Assembly (NCBI GenBank): GCA_965222225.1
Contig: CBDCTK010000002.1
Span: forward strand, 1,472,001 to 1,536,000
Length of the DNA stretch: 64,000 nucleotides
Reading direction: 5' to 3'
From: Candidatus Poribacteria bacterium
Lineage (GTDB): Bacteria; Poribacteria; WGA-4E; JAJDTR01
Part shown: in pieces, positions 48,817 to 59,015 of the stretch
Layout of the letters: every line of letters starts with the position of its first letter
How positions within the stretch are numbered: the stretch's first letter is position 1
The notes under the pieces: model-generated
Told to the model about the DNA's origin: nothing
What the model saw: only the letters and a program-made list of their open reading frames with translations
The model's database searches: none
Translations under genes and position numbers: made by a program

Positions 48817-50514
48817 TTGTTAAATATTCAACCGGGGTACCTTACTCTAGATGAACTGCTTGCAAAACGTCTGTTTCGAATTCCTCATTATCAGCGTGCT
48901 TACTCGTGGGAGCGCAAACACCGTAGGGACATGTTTAAGGATATTAAAAAACTCAGTGACAATCCAACGAGTTTCCATTTCATGTCGACGGTAGTCGGAT
49001 TGCGGCGCCAGACAAAGACAATCGTAACGGACCAGTTTAGCGAGATTGAGGTCGTAGATGGGCAGCAACGCCTGACTACGCTCGTGATTCTACTCAAAGC
49101 AATTGAGAGAAAACTGGATTGTTCCGTGCCCAACGAGAAACGGCTTGGACAAGAACTTCGAGAGCTTCTTGTCAAACAGGACGATGCGAGTCTTATTTTA
49201 CTGCAAACAAATCATGATCGAAGCCAGTATTTTGCCGACTTCCTGAGGTATGGAGCCTGTCCCCCAATCCTCAATGCCCGAACTCTTGCAGATCATGAAT
49301 TATTAAAGGCAATCAGCGAGTGTAATCTCTTCGTTGAAAACTGGAGCGATCGAATTGACCTATTGCGAATAATTAAGAATCAACTGACGTTCATATTTCA
49401 TGAGATTGATGATGAAGCAGCGGTTTATACGGTTTTCGAGGTTCTCAACAATAGAGGACTTAACGTTTCTTGGTTAGATAGACTGAAAAGCATGTTAATG
49501 TCATTAGCCTTTGAGGCCAATAGGGGAAATGTTGACGAACACATAGATGAACTTCACCAAATTTGGGGAAGGATTTACGAGACCATTGGACTGCGGCAAG
49601 AGTTAAACACCGAATCTCTAACCTTTGCTGCAACCCTTAAATCTCAATCTAGACGGAGCTCAGCTTTTGGCGAGGAAAGGGCTGTGGAAAGCCTTATGAC
49701 TCAGTGCGACGGAAACGCCTCCAAAGCTATTGCAACGTCGAAGTGGCTGCTGAAGGTCATCTCTGTCGTCAAACGGTTTTTGGAGGATATGCAACGTTCC
49801 AGAGAAGCCGTAACCAAAATTTCGCAAGCGAGATTGCTCGCTGTAGCAATTATCTTGAAAGATTTTTCTTGTAATGAAGAAAAAGAACTCCTCGATCAGT
49901 GGGAGAATACGACATTCCGTATATTCGGTCTATGTAGAAAAGATGCCCGCACAGGCGTCGGCGATTACGTTAGACTAGCTTGGGACATATTGAACGATGC
50001 AAATTTAAATGCTAGGCACGTTTCGGAAAGAGTGACGCAAATCGGTGAGGGGAAAGATCGAAACGTTGAATCGGCTCTTCTTGAACTCGAAAATAGCAAT
50101 TGTTACGAAGGATGGCAGGACCAACTCAGATACCTGCTGTATCGCTATGAAGAACATCTGGCAGAACAGCAGGGCCAGAGATTTCGTAGTGAACAATGGA
50201 ATCGCATTTGGCAAGAATCGGCTGCTAAATCAATAGAACATATATTTCCACAGTCAAGAGGCAGTCAGGAACCGCTAGAAAACCAAGAAGGTGTTTTCGT
50301 CCATAGACTTGGAAATCTGCTACTTTTACCGCCTAGTCTTAATTCAGCGCTTCAAGATAGAGAACCAAGAGCAAAAGTGAACGACTATAGAGATACGGGA
50401 CTTCTCATTGCTGCTGAAGTAACACGAACTATAGAGCGGGACGGATGGGGTTTGGAACAAATCATGGAGCGCGAACAACGGCTGCTTAATTGGATTCGGT
50501 GTGAATGGGAGTAG
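48817..50514 (+). CDS. GmrSD-like (DUF262 + DUF1524/HNH) modification-dependent nuclease
   Basis: IP.YQR.YSW, VVDGQQRLTT, FEVLNNRG, IEHIFPQ, LGNLLLL...N. Confidence 0.85.
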   Translation: MLNIQPGYLTLDELLAKRLFRIPHYQRAYSWERKHRRDMFKDIKKLSDNPTSFHFMSTVVGLRRQTKTIVTDQFSEIEVVDGQQRLTTLVILLKAIERKLDCSVPNEKRLGQELRELLVKQDDASLILLQTNHDRSQYFADFLRYGACPPILNARTLADHELLKAISECNLFVENWSDRIDLLRIIKNQLTFIFHEIDDEAAVYTVFEVLNNRGLNVSWLDRLKSMLMSLAFEANRGNVDEHIDELHQIWGRIYETIGLRQELNTESLTFAATLKSQSRRSSAFGEERAVESLMTQCDGNASKAIATSKWLLKVISVVKRFLEDMQRSREAVTKISQARLLAVAIILKDFSCNEEKELLDQWENTTFRIFGLCRKDARTGVGDYVRLAWDILNDANLNARHVSERVTQIGEGKDRNVESALLELENSNCYEGWQDQLRYLLYRYEEHLAEQQGQRFRSEQWNRIWQESAAKSIEHIFPQSRGSQEPLENQEGVFVHRLGNLLLLPPSLNSALQDREPRAKVNDYRDTGLLIAAEVTRTIERDGWGLEQIMEREQRLLNWIRCEWE

Positions 50515-50645
50515 TGGCAAATTTGGATCGACCAAGCGGTATGGGGATTGCAAACTGCTCTAGTTTGGTTCTCAGATTTGTACCGCATTCCCCGCCTTAG
50601 CCGGAATTATCCGCGAATAGGGATTCAAGGAGGAATAGGTATTTC

Positions 50646-51365
50646 ATGAAAGATACTGAGGTGATTGAAAGATTCGTAGCACACCTAGCGCAACATGGCC
50701 ACCAAGGTCTCAAGGTGGATGAAATCCCGGACGAGAAGGAACGAAATTTACCCGAGATTGATGCAATTGCTGGTCCGTTTGCTATCGAACACACGAGTAT
50801 CGACACAGTCCCACATCAACGCCGGAATGACGATTGGTTTCTGCAAGTCATCGAAGGGCTTGAACAAGAGCTCTCCGGCGGACTCCCGTTTCACCTTGTT
50901 GTTATACTTGAATATGAGGCCGTTACCAAAGGACAAGACTGGAAGCGAATTCGCCAAGCACTCAAGAACTGGGTTGTTGATCGAGCGAAATACTTGCCAG
51001 ATGGGGACCATATTCTTGATGGCGTTTTTGGCATTCCGTTCAAACTTCATGTGCACAAGGATACTGATTTGCCTTCACATCTTTTTTTTGTCCGTTCTAC
51101 TCCTGAGGATGACACCCTTTCCGAGCGCGTCGGAAAGCAGCTTGATAAAAAGGCGAAGAAACTAGCCAAATATCAAACGAAAGGAAAGACGACATTACTT
51201 CTCGTTGAGAGTTCTGATTTTGCTCTTATGAGCAGAACAATGATGCGAGGTACGATAAAAGAAACGTACGTAGGTGGTAATCTGTCTGGAGTAGACCAAA
51301 TTTGGTACGCCGAAAGATTTGACGAGGATAATATCAAGTTCACGGATTTCACCTCCCTTCTGTGA
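50646..51365 (+). CDS. Hypothetical protein, possible PD-(D/E)xK-like nuclease
   Basis: PD...ID....AIEHT pattern; GGAGG RBS. Confidence 0.55.
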   Translation: MKDTEVIERFVAHLAQHGHQGLKVDEIPDEKERNLPEIDAIAGPFAIEHTSIDTVPHQRRNDDWFLQVIEGLEQELSGGLPFHLVVILEYEAVTKGQDWKRIRQALKNWVVDRAKYLPDGDHILDGVFGIPFKLHVHKDTDLPSHLFFVRSTPEDDTLSERVGKQLDKKAKKLAKYQTKGKTTLLLVESSDFALMSRTMMRGTIKETYVGGNLSGVDQIWYAERFDEDNIKFTDFTSLL

Positions 51366-51388
51366 ACGCCATGAAACCTAGCAAAGTT

Positions 51389-51462
51389 CGTAGGGTGCGA
51401 ATCGTCGATTTCCCCTCTTGCTGCGATCAAACGAGAGGATAACGAGTGCGATAGAGATCCCA
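51389..51462 (+). repeat. Modular intergenic repeat, copy B
   Basis: GTAGGGTGCGA ... GCGATCAA.CGAGAGGATAACGAGTGCGATAGAGATCC. Confidence 0.65.
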
Positions 51463-51530
51463 CCATCCGTTTTTCCGCGAGCGATGTTTCGCACTGCGTT
51501 CCAAGTAACACGCCTTATTCTCCGTTGCGC

Positions 51531-51559
51531 TTGCATCTAGCCACCCCTTGTGCTAACAT
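51531..51559 (+). promoter_or_regulatory. Putative sigma70 promoter for the BMP gene
   Basis: TTGCAT-17 bp-TAACAT with extended TG. Confidence 0.45.
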
Positions 51560-51616
51560 TTCAACTGGACTACAACACCTTCACACATGACTATCAACTA
51601 CTGAGAAGGAAAAAAT

Positions 51617-52681
51617 ATGGGCAATTTGAACATAACGAAATGTCTTCCCGGATTTTTATTAGCGTTATTCTGTGTCGGAATCTCCGGCTGCGATCTTATC
51701 CAGCAAGCAATCCTTTCGGACCTGCCGGACGACGCCGATGCCGTCCTCCTTCGCGTAACCATGATCTATCCAAGAGATTGCATTGGAGACGCCGGTTACT
51801 GTGATAGTTTCCATATCGGAGTAAGAACGGCTGAGGCAGAACTCGGGATTAGCCTCACCGAGGTTGCCGGAATGGAGAGCGACCCGGCAGCAACAGAAAT
51901 GCAGTTAAGGGAAGCCGCTCAAAACTCAGACCTCGTTCTAGCGGCAGGTTACCAAATGGGAGCGCCCCTTGCGCGAGTGGCACCGGAATTTCCCGATGTG
52001 AGATTTGCGATTTTTGATGTCGTCCTTGATATTCCGAATGTTGCCTCCATCAATTACAAGGCAAACGAAGGCTCGTTTCTCGTCGGCGCGATCGCCGCGT
52101 TGAAATCTGAAAGTGGGAAAATAGGCTATATTGGCGGAGCCGATGTTCCCTTACTACACGAATTTGAAGCCGGTTACATCGCAGGAGTTAACGCCGTCAA
52201 TCCTGACGCTGGAGTTACGGTCGAATACATCAGCGAGGATGAAACCGGTTTTGGCATGCCGGACAGAGCAAAAGAGATAGCGTTAGCCCAATATGCAAGT
52301 GGAATTGATGTCATCTACGTTGCTGCGGGCGGATCCGGTAACGGAGTGCTCGAAGCTGCACGAGAGCAGCAAAAATTTGTCATTTGGGTTGACTCCAACG
52401 GCAATTACCTCGAACCCGGCATAGTTTTGACGAGCATGGTCAAAGAACTTTCAGATTCCGTCATCAAAGTCATCAGTGAGACCGCCGCCGGGACTTTTGT
52501 AGGGGGAGTACGATACCTCGGACTCGAAGATGGTGGAGTCAGCTATGCCGTAGATGAACACAATCAGTCTCTATTTTCCCACGAGATTCTAGATCGTGTT
52601 GAATCGTTGAAAGCGCAAATCGTTGCGGGCGAAATTATCGTTCCCGATCGCATCATTCTTCCGCGCGAACAAAGCCAATGA
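51617..52681 (+). CDS. BMP-family (nucleoside-type) ABC substrate-binding lipoprotein
   Basis: Lipobox ISGC, EGSFLVG.IAA, IGYIGG, DVIY.AAG.SG.G, LTSMVK. Confidence 0.9.
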   Translation: MGNLNITKCLPGFLLALFCVGISGCDLIQQAILSDLPDDADAVLLRVTMIYPRDCIGDAGYCDSFHIGVRTAEAELGISLTEVAGMESDPAATEMQLREAAQNSDLVLAAGYQMGAPLARVAPEFPDVRFAIFDVVLDIPNVASINYKANEGSFLVGAIAALKSESGKIGYIGGADVPLLHEFEAGYIAGVNAVNPDAGVTVEYISEDETGFGMPDRAKEIALAQYASGIDVIYVAAGGSGNGVLEAAREQQKFVIWVDSNGNYLEPGIVLTSMVKELSDSVIKVISETAAGTFVGGVRYLGLEDGGVSYAVDEHNQSLFSHEILDRVESLKAQIVAGEIIVPDRIILPREQSQ

Positions 52682-52783
52682 TCTCATCATCGTTAGGGGA
52701 GGCATCTGTGCCTATCCTAACGGTGGCATGAGCAACGAATTCAAAAGCGAGAAAAACCTACATTTCAAAATGAAGATTTCTCA

Positions 52784-53002
52784 ATGACAGCACAACTCGA
52801 AAAAGACTTTGCGGAAGCCTCGAAACTTTCACCAAGCGAACAAGATGCCCTTGCAGAATGGCTGTTTGCCGAACTCCAATCTGAGAAACGGTGGACTAAA
52901 CAATTCGCTGATTCTCAAAATACAGTGCCCAAACTGGCTTCTGAAGCGCTCGCCGAACATCATAGTGGTCATACTCAAGAATTAGATCTCAATCGCCGAT
53001 GA
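52784..53002 (+). CDS. Orphan addiction-module antitoxin-like protein
   Basis: LE..F.EA.KL...EQDALA.W...EL..E..W...F pattern; no toxin ORF follows. Confidence 0.6.
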   Translation: MTAQLEKDFAEASKLSPSEQDALAEWLFAELQSEKRWTKQFADSQNTVPKLASEALAEHHSGHTQELDLNRR

Positions 53003-53080
53003 TATCAGATTGCGTTTCTCGCAATCACGTATCACGCAGAAGTTCCAAGCCACACATGTCTCAATTAAACGGAGGTCCTG

Positions 53081-53932
53081 GTGTCCAACAAATCCCCGCT
53101 GAATTTTGCCGAAATCCTTGTGTGCCTTGATGGTTCAAAATATTCTCGGGCGGCGGTGGAATATGCCACGCAAATTGCCGTTGAACACGACGCCTCACTT
53201 ACGGGTGTCGGTGTGATTGATCTTCCCGGTATCCTACGCGCAAGCGGTCCTGCTCCGATTGGAGCTATGCGCTCCGGCGATCTCACTGAGCAACACCACG
53301 TCAAAGAGGCGCAGGGTCTCGTCTCCCGAATCCTAAAAGACTTTGAGAAAACCTGTCGTGAAAAAGATATTCGCCATACCATCCATTCAGAAGCCGGCAG
53401 CCCGTTTCGGGAAATTATTGAGGAATCAAAATTTCACGACTTTATTATTCTCGGGCAAAAAACCTTTTTTCGACACGGCATCGGACGCGAGCGAGGTAAC
53501 ACTCTACATCGGATCCTGCACAACGGATTAACAGCAGTTTTTGCCGTCCCCGATTCTGCCAGAGAGATTAAAAAAGTGCTTGTTGCATACGATAACAGCG
53601 TCCAAGTCACTAAAGCAATTCAGATGTTTCTACTGCTCCACATCTGGAATCAGTGCGACATTACTCTTCTGAATATCAATAACGATGCGGCTCGCGCAAA
53701 GCAATTGCTCAATAGGCTTGGCGATTACGTGGGAAGATACGGAATACAGCCGACAAAAGTACACTTGAAAGGACGTCCGGATAAAGTCGTTCTGTCGTAT
53801 ATCCGAGAACATGAAATCGACCTACTCGTTATGGGGGCGTATGGCAAACGAACCGCGTCGGAGTTTGTCGTCGGTAGTGTGACGAAATCCCTTGTTACTC
53901 AGGCAGGTATTCCGCTGTTTATTTATCATTAA
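53081..53932 (+). CDS. Tandem universal stress protein
   Basis: ILVCLDGS, VLVAYD.S, DLLVMGAYG...VGSVT. Confidence 0.9.
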   Translation: MSNKSPLNFAEILVCLDGSKYSRAAVEYATQIAVEHDASLTGVGVIDLPGILRASGPAPIGAMRSGDLTEQHHVKEAQGLVSRILKDFEKTCREKDIRHTIHSEAGSPFREIIEESKFHDFIILGQKTFFRHGIGRERGNTLHRILHNGLTAVFAVPDSAREIKKVLVAYDNSVQVTKAIQMFLLLHIWNQCDITLLNINNDAARAKQLLNRLGDYVGRYGIQPTKVHLKGRPDKVVLSYIREHEIDLLVMGAYGKRTASEFVVGSVTKSLVTQAGIPLFIYH

Positions 53933-54127
53933 CTGGAATCAATGAATTCTTTTCCAACCAGATAAGTTGCGATTGCGCAATTTCGACGGTCATGTGTGTC
54001 TCGGGAATAGAATCGGGATACGATGACCGAAACGAAACAATAAAGACTTGTCAATGACCTCAGTTACGAGTAGCACACATGCGGCGCCAGCCTTCAGGGG
54101 GCAGTCAAGGATTAAGCATCGTAAACC

Positions 54128-55021
54128 ATGAAAACGTACAGCGACCTCCCTAGCGATGGCGGATCTGGCATCATCGGGCAGGTGACTCAACAAGTCAGTC
54201 GCACCCAAAAACGGTTAGAATCGATACACCATACCGTTGCCATCATGAGCGGGAAGGGCGGTGTGGGCAAAAGTTCGATAACGGCGAATCTTGCCTCGGC
54301 CCTCGCTTTGCGGGGCAACAGCGTTGGCGTACTCGACGCCGACATCAACGGGCCCTCGATCGCCAAGATGATAGGCGTGAGAGGCATGAAAGTTGATTAC
54401 GGCGCGGACGGTGTTAAACCCGTTATTAGTCCGCTAGGGGTCAGAGTCATGTCAATGGATCTGTTTCTGAAGGACGACGAAACGCCAGTCTTATGGGAAG
54501 CCCAAACACAGAAAGATGCGTTCACTTGGCGCGGAACCATGGAGGTGTCTGCGCTCCGCGAGTTTCTGTCTGACACCGAATGGGGAGTTCTTGACTACCT
54601 CCTGATCGATCTGCCACCAGGCACCGATCGATTGCCGAATTTAATCGATTTGTTACCGACACTCGGCGGCACGGTCGTCGTCACAATTCCTTCTAGCGTC
54701 TCGCAACTTGTCGTCAAGAAATCGTTGACGATGGCGAAGAAATTGCTCAACACGCCGGTCGTGGGCATCGTCGAAAATATGGCGGCATACGTTTGCGCAG
54801 ATTGCGGGAAAACTGAAGACCTGTTTCCTACAGGCAATACGGAAGAGATGGCGCGTCAATTTGGCGTCTCACTACTCGGCAGAATACCGTTCGATCCGCG
54901 TATCTCTACGGCTGCAGATAACGGTAACGCATTCGTGGAAAAATTTGCTGACACCCCGGCAGGCGCTGGCTTGACGAAAATAGCGGCGAAAATCGAATCC
55001 TTCTTCAACCACGAAACTTAA
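54128..55021 (+). CDS. mrp: Mrp/NBP35 (ApbC) Fe-S carrier P-loop ATPase
   Basis: SGKGGVGKS, DADINGPS, WRG, DLPPGT, VENM..YVCADC. Confidence 0.9.
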   Translation: MKTYSDLPSDGGSGIIGQVTQQVSRTQKRLESIHHTVAIMSGKGGVGKSSITANLASALALRGNSVGVLDADINGPSIAKMIGVRGMKVDYGADGVKPVISPLGVRVMSMDLFLKDDETPVLWEAQTQKDAFTWRGTMEVSALREFLSDTEWGVLDYLLIDLPPGTDRLPNLIDLLPTLGGTVVVTIPSSVSQLVVKKSLTMAKKLLNTPVVGIVENMAAYVCADCGKTEDLFPTGNTEEMARQFGVSLLGRIPFDPRISTAADNGNAFVEKFADTPAGAGLTKIAAKIESFFNHET

Positions 55022-55161
55022 CATTTATGCTGGGTACTGTAAGCGAGTTTGCAATATGCAGGTGTGTAAGTCATGAGAACGCTGATAGGAACCATTCAAT
55101 GGAATGTCGGCGAGCAGATACATCTTGATCGAATTATTAATTTCGATGCGGACACATTCTT

Positions 55162-55410
55162 AGAACCTGTTTGAAAAGTACAGTTTGTAGGGTGCGATCA
55201 ACCGACTGATTAAGGAGGGCGATAGAAATCCCCTCAAGCGAGTGGATAGCGAGTGCGATAGCTATATGTAGGGTGCGCACTGCGCACCAGCCTTTGGGGT
55301 TGATTTCTTGTAGGGTGCGATCAACTGAGCGAATAGCGACTGCGATCAAGGGAATGGATAATGACCGCGATAGAATTCCCATAGAAATCCCGTGCGATAG
55401 AGATCCTAAG
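55162..55410 (+). repeat. Modular intergenic repeat, copy C (longest; includes GTAG-REP-like hairpin)
   Basis: Three GTAGGGTGCG words; hairpin GGTGCGCA-C-TGCGCACC; 50 bp identical to 62085-62134. Confidence 0.8.
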
Positions 55411-55425
55411 TGAACGAGAGGAAAA

Positions 55426-55890
55426 ATGTGCGAGTTAGCGAATAGCCTCGCTAAATTGAAGCATCTCTGTCAAAACGGACGAGTATCAGAACATACATTC
55501 TACGAAATAGCTCATCCATTAGCTGAAAAACGATATGAGCCACTGCGGGTGTTCTTGATAGAGATGTTGGAGTCTCCGAACGCTACATGTCGTCTGAATG
55601 CAGTGCATTTGTTGGGTGGTCATTGGCACGAGAAACCAGACATTGGAGAAAAGTTAGTCGAATTGCTAACAAATGATCCCAACGATGATATCCGCATGCT
55701 GTCCGCGAGCGCACTATCCCATATCAAATATGTTGAATCGCGGGAAATACTGCATCAGTGCGCCAATGACCCGAAGCAGGCATCCTTTGTCAAAGAAAGC
55801 TGCGTTGACGCCATTCGTGTCCTTGATGGAACTTCACAAGTTCAAATCCTTCGCGAACAACTAAATCAGATTGGGAATGAGGGTGGGTAA
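55426..55890 (+). CDS. HEAT-repeat protein
   Basis: R..AV.LLG, DP..DIR..SA.AL repeats. Confidence 0.7.
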   Translation: MCELANSLAKLKHLCQNGRVSEHTFYEIAHPLAEKRYEPLRVFLIEMLESPNATCRLNAVHLLGGHWHEKPDIGEKLVELLTNDPNDDIRMLSASALSHIKYVESREILHQCANDPKQASFVKESCVDAIRVLDGTSQVQILREQLNQIGNEGG

Positions 55891-55947
55891 AAACAAGTCA
55901 CTCGTAGTAAGTACGTATTCATCAACTTCCGCTCTTGGAGTCAACTA

Positions 55948-56460
55948 ATGAAATTCCTATGCCTTGAATGCAACACAGCCATGAAATTCAAAGAATCGAA
56001 AACGCCCGAAGGTGGCACGTTGACCGCAATATTCGAGTGCCCGGACTGCTTTGGGGAATTCGCAATGCACATGAACCCGTGGGAAACCCAAATGCTCAAG
56101 TCACTTGACGTTCAGCTCGGTGGAAAAAGTGAAAATGCACCCCCGATGCAGATGGTGCGTTCCTTTCTGAGTGACCAGAAGGAAGGAACGCTCTCATCAA
56201 GTCACACTCCCCAGCCAGCCTCGGAATCGGAAGGTGGTAGATGTCCCTTTACATCGGTGGTTGCCGACGCGTTTCAGGATCAGAGGTCGGAACCTGCCGA
56301 TCTCGTATGGACCGAAGAAGCACTTGAACGCCTGAATCGAATTCCGAGTTTTGTCCAATCAATGGCTAAAGCCGGAATTGAAGATTTCGCCCGCGAAAAA
56401 GGGATAGCAAAAATTACTGCCGAGGTGATGGACACTGCGCGCGGCAACTTCGGCATGTAG
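55948..56460 (+). CDS. Zn-ribbon + PCP_red-like domain protein
   Basis: MKFLCLEC...ECPDC, CPF motif, C-terminal WTEEALERLNRIPSFV...IE.FARE.G...IT. Confidence 0.8.
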   Translation: MKFLCLECNTAMKFKESKTPEGGTLTAIFECPDCFGEFAMHMNPWETQMLKSLDVQLGGKSENAPPMQMVRSFLSDQKEGTLSSSHTPQPASESEGGRCPFTSVVADAFQDQRSEPADLVWTEEALERLNRIPSFVQSMAKAGIEDFAREKGIAKITAEVMDTARGNFGM

Positions 56461-56516
56461 CGCCGTGACCCGGATGAAATACGAGAGTGCCCTCTGGTTT
56501 CACGTTCCACCGATTT

Positions 56517-57008
56517 ATGCGCATATTCGTCGAACTCATCATACGTTGGATTCACCTTGTTGCCGCAATCGTTTGGCTAGGTGGAATCTTTTTTTCCGTG
56601 AGCATCGCATCGCCGATGCTAAGGAAGCATTTGCCTGCTTTCGAAGGCATCCGGCACACCGTAGCAATTCGGAATCGCCTGCGTCACGTAATCCGTTTCA
56701 CTATCCATATTCTACTGATCACGGGTGCGATGAATGTCTTCATCGTTGGTCTGAACACGCAGATGAATTTCCCGCAGAACTACGCCATCGCCTTTGTAGC
56801 GAAACTCGCCTTTGTCGGATTGATGACGCTGTTCCATAGTCTGCATATTGCCGTTTTCAACAGGCGCATGGAAACTGCATCGACCAACCCGAATGTTAAT
56901 GAGTTAGAGGTTGTGAGACTGCAGCGGCTGACGGACGGATGCGGTATCATTGCACTGCTAATTGGTCTCATCGTCCTGGCCCTTTCCTTGCGATTGGATG
57001 CAGGGTAA
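56517..57008 (+). CDS. CopD-like / DUF4149-like 4-TM membrane protein
   Basis: RWIHLVAAIVWLGG, LLITG, KL...LH. Confidence 0.7.
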   Translation: MRIFVELIIRWIHLVAAIVWLGGIFFSVSIASPMLRKHLPAFEGIRHTVAIRNRLRHVIRFTIHILLITGAMNVFIVGLNTQMNFPQNYAIAFVAKLAFVGLMTLFHSLHIAVFNRRMETASTNPNVNELEVVRLQRLTDGCGIIALLIGLIVLALSLRLDAG

Positions 57009-57074
57009 TGGATTGGGCGCTGGAATCCCGATTCGCAAAGATGGAAAGATTGGATTGGCAGGAAGTCTGGAAAA

Positions 57075-58376
57075 ATGGAAACTAAAGTCCAAGCCGTCTC
57101 ATGGAATATTACGCGGCTATGCAATCTCAAATGTGAGCACTGTTATCTGCCCGCCGGATTTGTAGATACCAACGATTTTCCGACCGGCTACTATCGGGAT
57201 GCAGAGTTGACACAGTCCCAATGCTTCCGCGTGATTGATGAGATTGCCGAAATCAATCCCAACATCCTACTGATTCTCACAGGCGGCGAACCATTGTTGC
57301 GTCCCGACATACTGGAAATCTCTGAGTATGCCGCGCAAACCGGATTCTTAGTCGTGATGGGTACCAACGGGGCGTTGCTGAACGATGAGGTAGTTCTGCG
57401 GATGAGCGACCACGGTGTGAGTGGTGCAGGGATTAGCTTGGATGCGGTGGATGCAGTTAATCACGACAGGTTCAGGGGTATGGAAGGTGCCTATGAAGCC
57501 ACGATGTACGGGATTGAAGCGCTGAAACGCGCCAATCTGGACTTTCTGGTGCAAACCTCGGTGACGCGCTGGAATTACGATGAAATTCCTCAGATTGTTG
57601 AGTTCGCTTATCAATTGGGCGCCAAGGTCATTAATATCTACTTCCTCGTCAAAACAGGGCGCGGAAAGACGGTCATGGACATCACGCCGTCGCAGTACGA
57701 GAAGCTGCTCTCGAAGCTTTTTGAGCTACAGGCGGAATATCGGGGCAAAATGCTCGTCGCGGCGAAATGCGCACCCCACTACAAGCGCGCAATTTACGAG
57801 CAACAGTCCGATTCGCCGTTTCTGCAAGCCTATCCGAGCGGCACATGCCCTTGCGGGATCTACTATTGCCGTATCACGCCCGAAGGCGATTTGACGCCGT
57901 GTCCATACATGCCTGTCAGCGTCGGCAATCTGAAAGACGAGAGTTTTGCAGAATTATGGAACAAATCGAAAGTTTTTCAAGACCTGAGAAATCGTCAGCT
58001 ATTGGAAGGGAAATGCGGCGCGTGTGAGTTTCGTGATGTTTGCGGTGGTTGCCGTGCGCGCGCCTACGCCGCTACGGGGAACTACCTTGCCGAGGATACG
58101 TCGTGCGAGTATCAACCGGGGCAATACGGCAGCCAGACTATCAGTTTTGAGAAGACGACACCCTTCGCGGCGGAGGTAGACTATGAATTGCGCTGGACAG
58201 ATCTAGCGCAGAAGAGATTAAAGCGTGTTCCCTCCTTCGCGCGAGGGATGGTTATCAAAAGCGTCGAAAAGTACGCGCGCGAACACGATTACCGCGAAAT
58301 CACGCCCGAAACGATGAAGGCGGTCAAAGAACGGTTCGACAAAACGGGGATTCCCTCATTCCGCCCTCGCCGTTAG
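57075..58376 (+). CDS. AhbD/NirJ-like radical SAM/SPASM protein with C-terminal PCP_red-like domain
   Basis: WNIT.LCNLKCEHC, TGGEPLLR.D, CAPH, SPASM C..G...C...G..PCPY...GKC..C....CGGCRARAY...C, then WTD.A..RL.RVPSF. Confidence 0.85.
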   Translation: METKVQAVSWNITRLCNLKCEHCYLPAGFVDTNDFPTGYYRDAELTQSQCFRVIDEIAEINPNILLILTGGEPLLRPDILEISEYAAQTGFLVVMGTNGALLNDEVVLRMSDHGVSGAGISLDAVDAVNHDRFRGMEGAYEATMYGIEALKRANLDFLVQTSVTRWNYDEIPQIVEFAYQLGAKVINIYFLVKTGRGKTVMDITPSQYEKLLSKLFELQAEYRGKMLVAAKCAPHYKRAIYEQQSDSPFLQAYPSGTCPCGIYYCRITPEGDLTPCPYMPVSVGNLKDESFAELWNKSKVFQDLRNRQLLEGKCGACEFRDVCGGCRARAYAATGNYLAEDTSCEYQPGQYGSQTISFEKTTPFAAEVDYELRWTDLAQKRLKRVPSFARGMVIKSVEKYAREHDYREITPETMKAVKERFDKTGIPSFRPRR

Positions 58377-58483
58377 CTTCTTGAAAAGTGGGATCGGCGA
58401 TCATCAAATCGCCGCTTAGCCTTCTAACCGCGCACAAGTATTTTGTGTTTCACGCCTAATGTGAGCATAAAGGAGAACAAACA

Positions 58484-58897
58484 GTGAGTACCCAAACCAA
58501 AATTGAACAACGCCTATCCGCCGTTGAAAATCGCTTGAATCGGCTCGAGGATCTTTTGATTGGTATCAGTCAAAAACTGGACCGGAAACCCCCGCAAACG
58601 GAAATAAACGAAAAGAAGGGGGAAGTGCTCAAGGAATGGGTCACGGATTACGTTTCAATGCGGCTACAACAACTTGTGCCGGAGACCTGCGACCATCCCG
58701 CTGAAGCCAACCTAAGCGAAGGTCCCTTTCTTGACAACACCACGACACGTTGCACTGAAGAGGTCGTCCATCGTGTCAAACGCATTCCCATCCCGTTTGT
58801 TCGCGAAATGGTTGTGCAGCGAGTCGCCGAGAATGCGCGAAACGCCGACGTAGACGTGGTCGACATTGAGTTCTTTGAGAAAGCCGCTACCTTTTGA
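58484..58897 (+). CDS. Coiled-coil + PCP_red-like small protein
   Basis: AAGGAG RBS; N-terminal coiled coil; CTEEV..RVKRIPIPFVREMV...V.E.AR. Confidence 0.7.
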   Translation: MSTQTKIEQRLSAVENRLNRLEDLLIGISQKLDRKPPQTEINEKKGEVLKEWVTDYVSMRLQQLVPETCDHPAEANLSEGPFLDNTTTRCTEEVVHRVKRIPIPFVREMVVQRVAENARNADVDVVDIEFFEKAATF

Positions 58898-59015
58898 CAG
58901 TGCAAAGCTACAGAGGAGTTTCCTCTACCGCATTTCCATTTGGAGGATTTTCTTAAAGTCTCAATCTAAACTCCTGTAAGATGAGTGTCGTGCACCGTAC
59001 ATCCGTATTACGCCT

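Noticed and set aside
55162-55410. CRISPR array
   Set aside because: Repeated words vary in length, order and spacing; there is no constant repeat/unique spacer period and no cas genes.
23863-55890. Integron cassette array
   Set aside because: No integrase and no recognisable attC R/L box structure.
46745-58897. Photosynthesis / protochlorophyllide reductase genes
   Set aside because: Only the small C-terminal PCP_red-like domain is present; no BchN/BchB catalytic domains or BchL.
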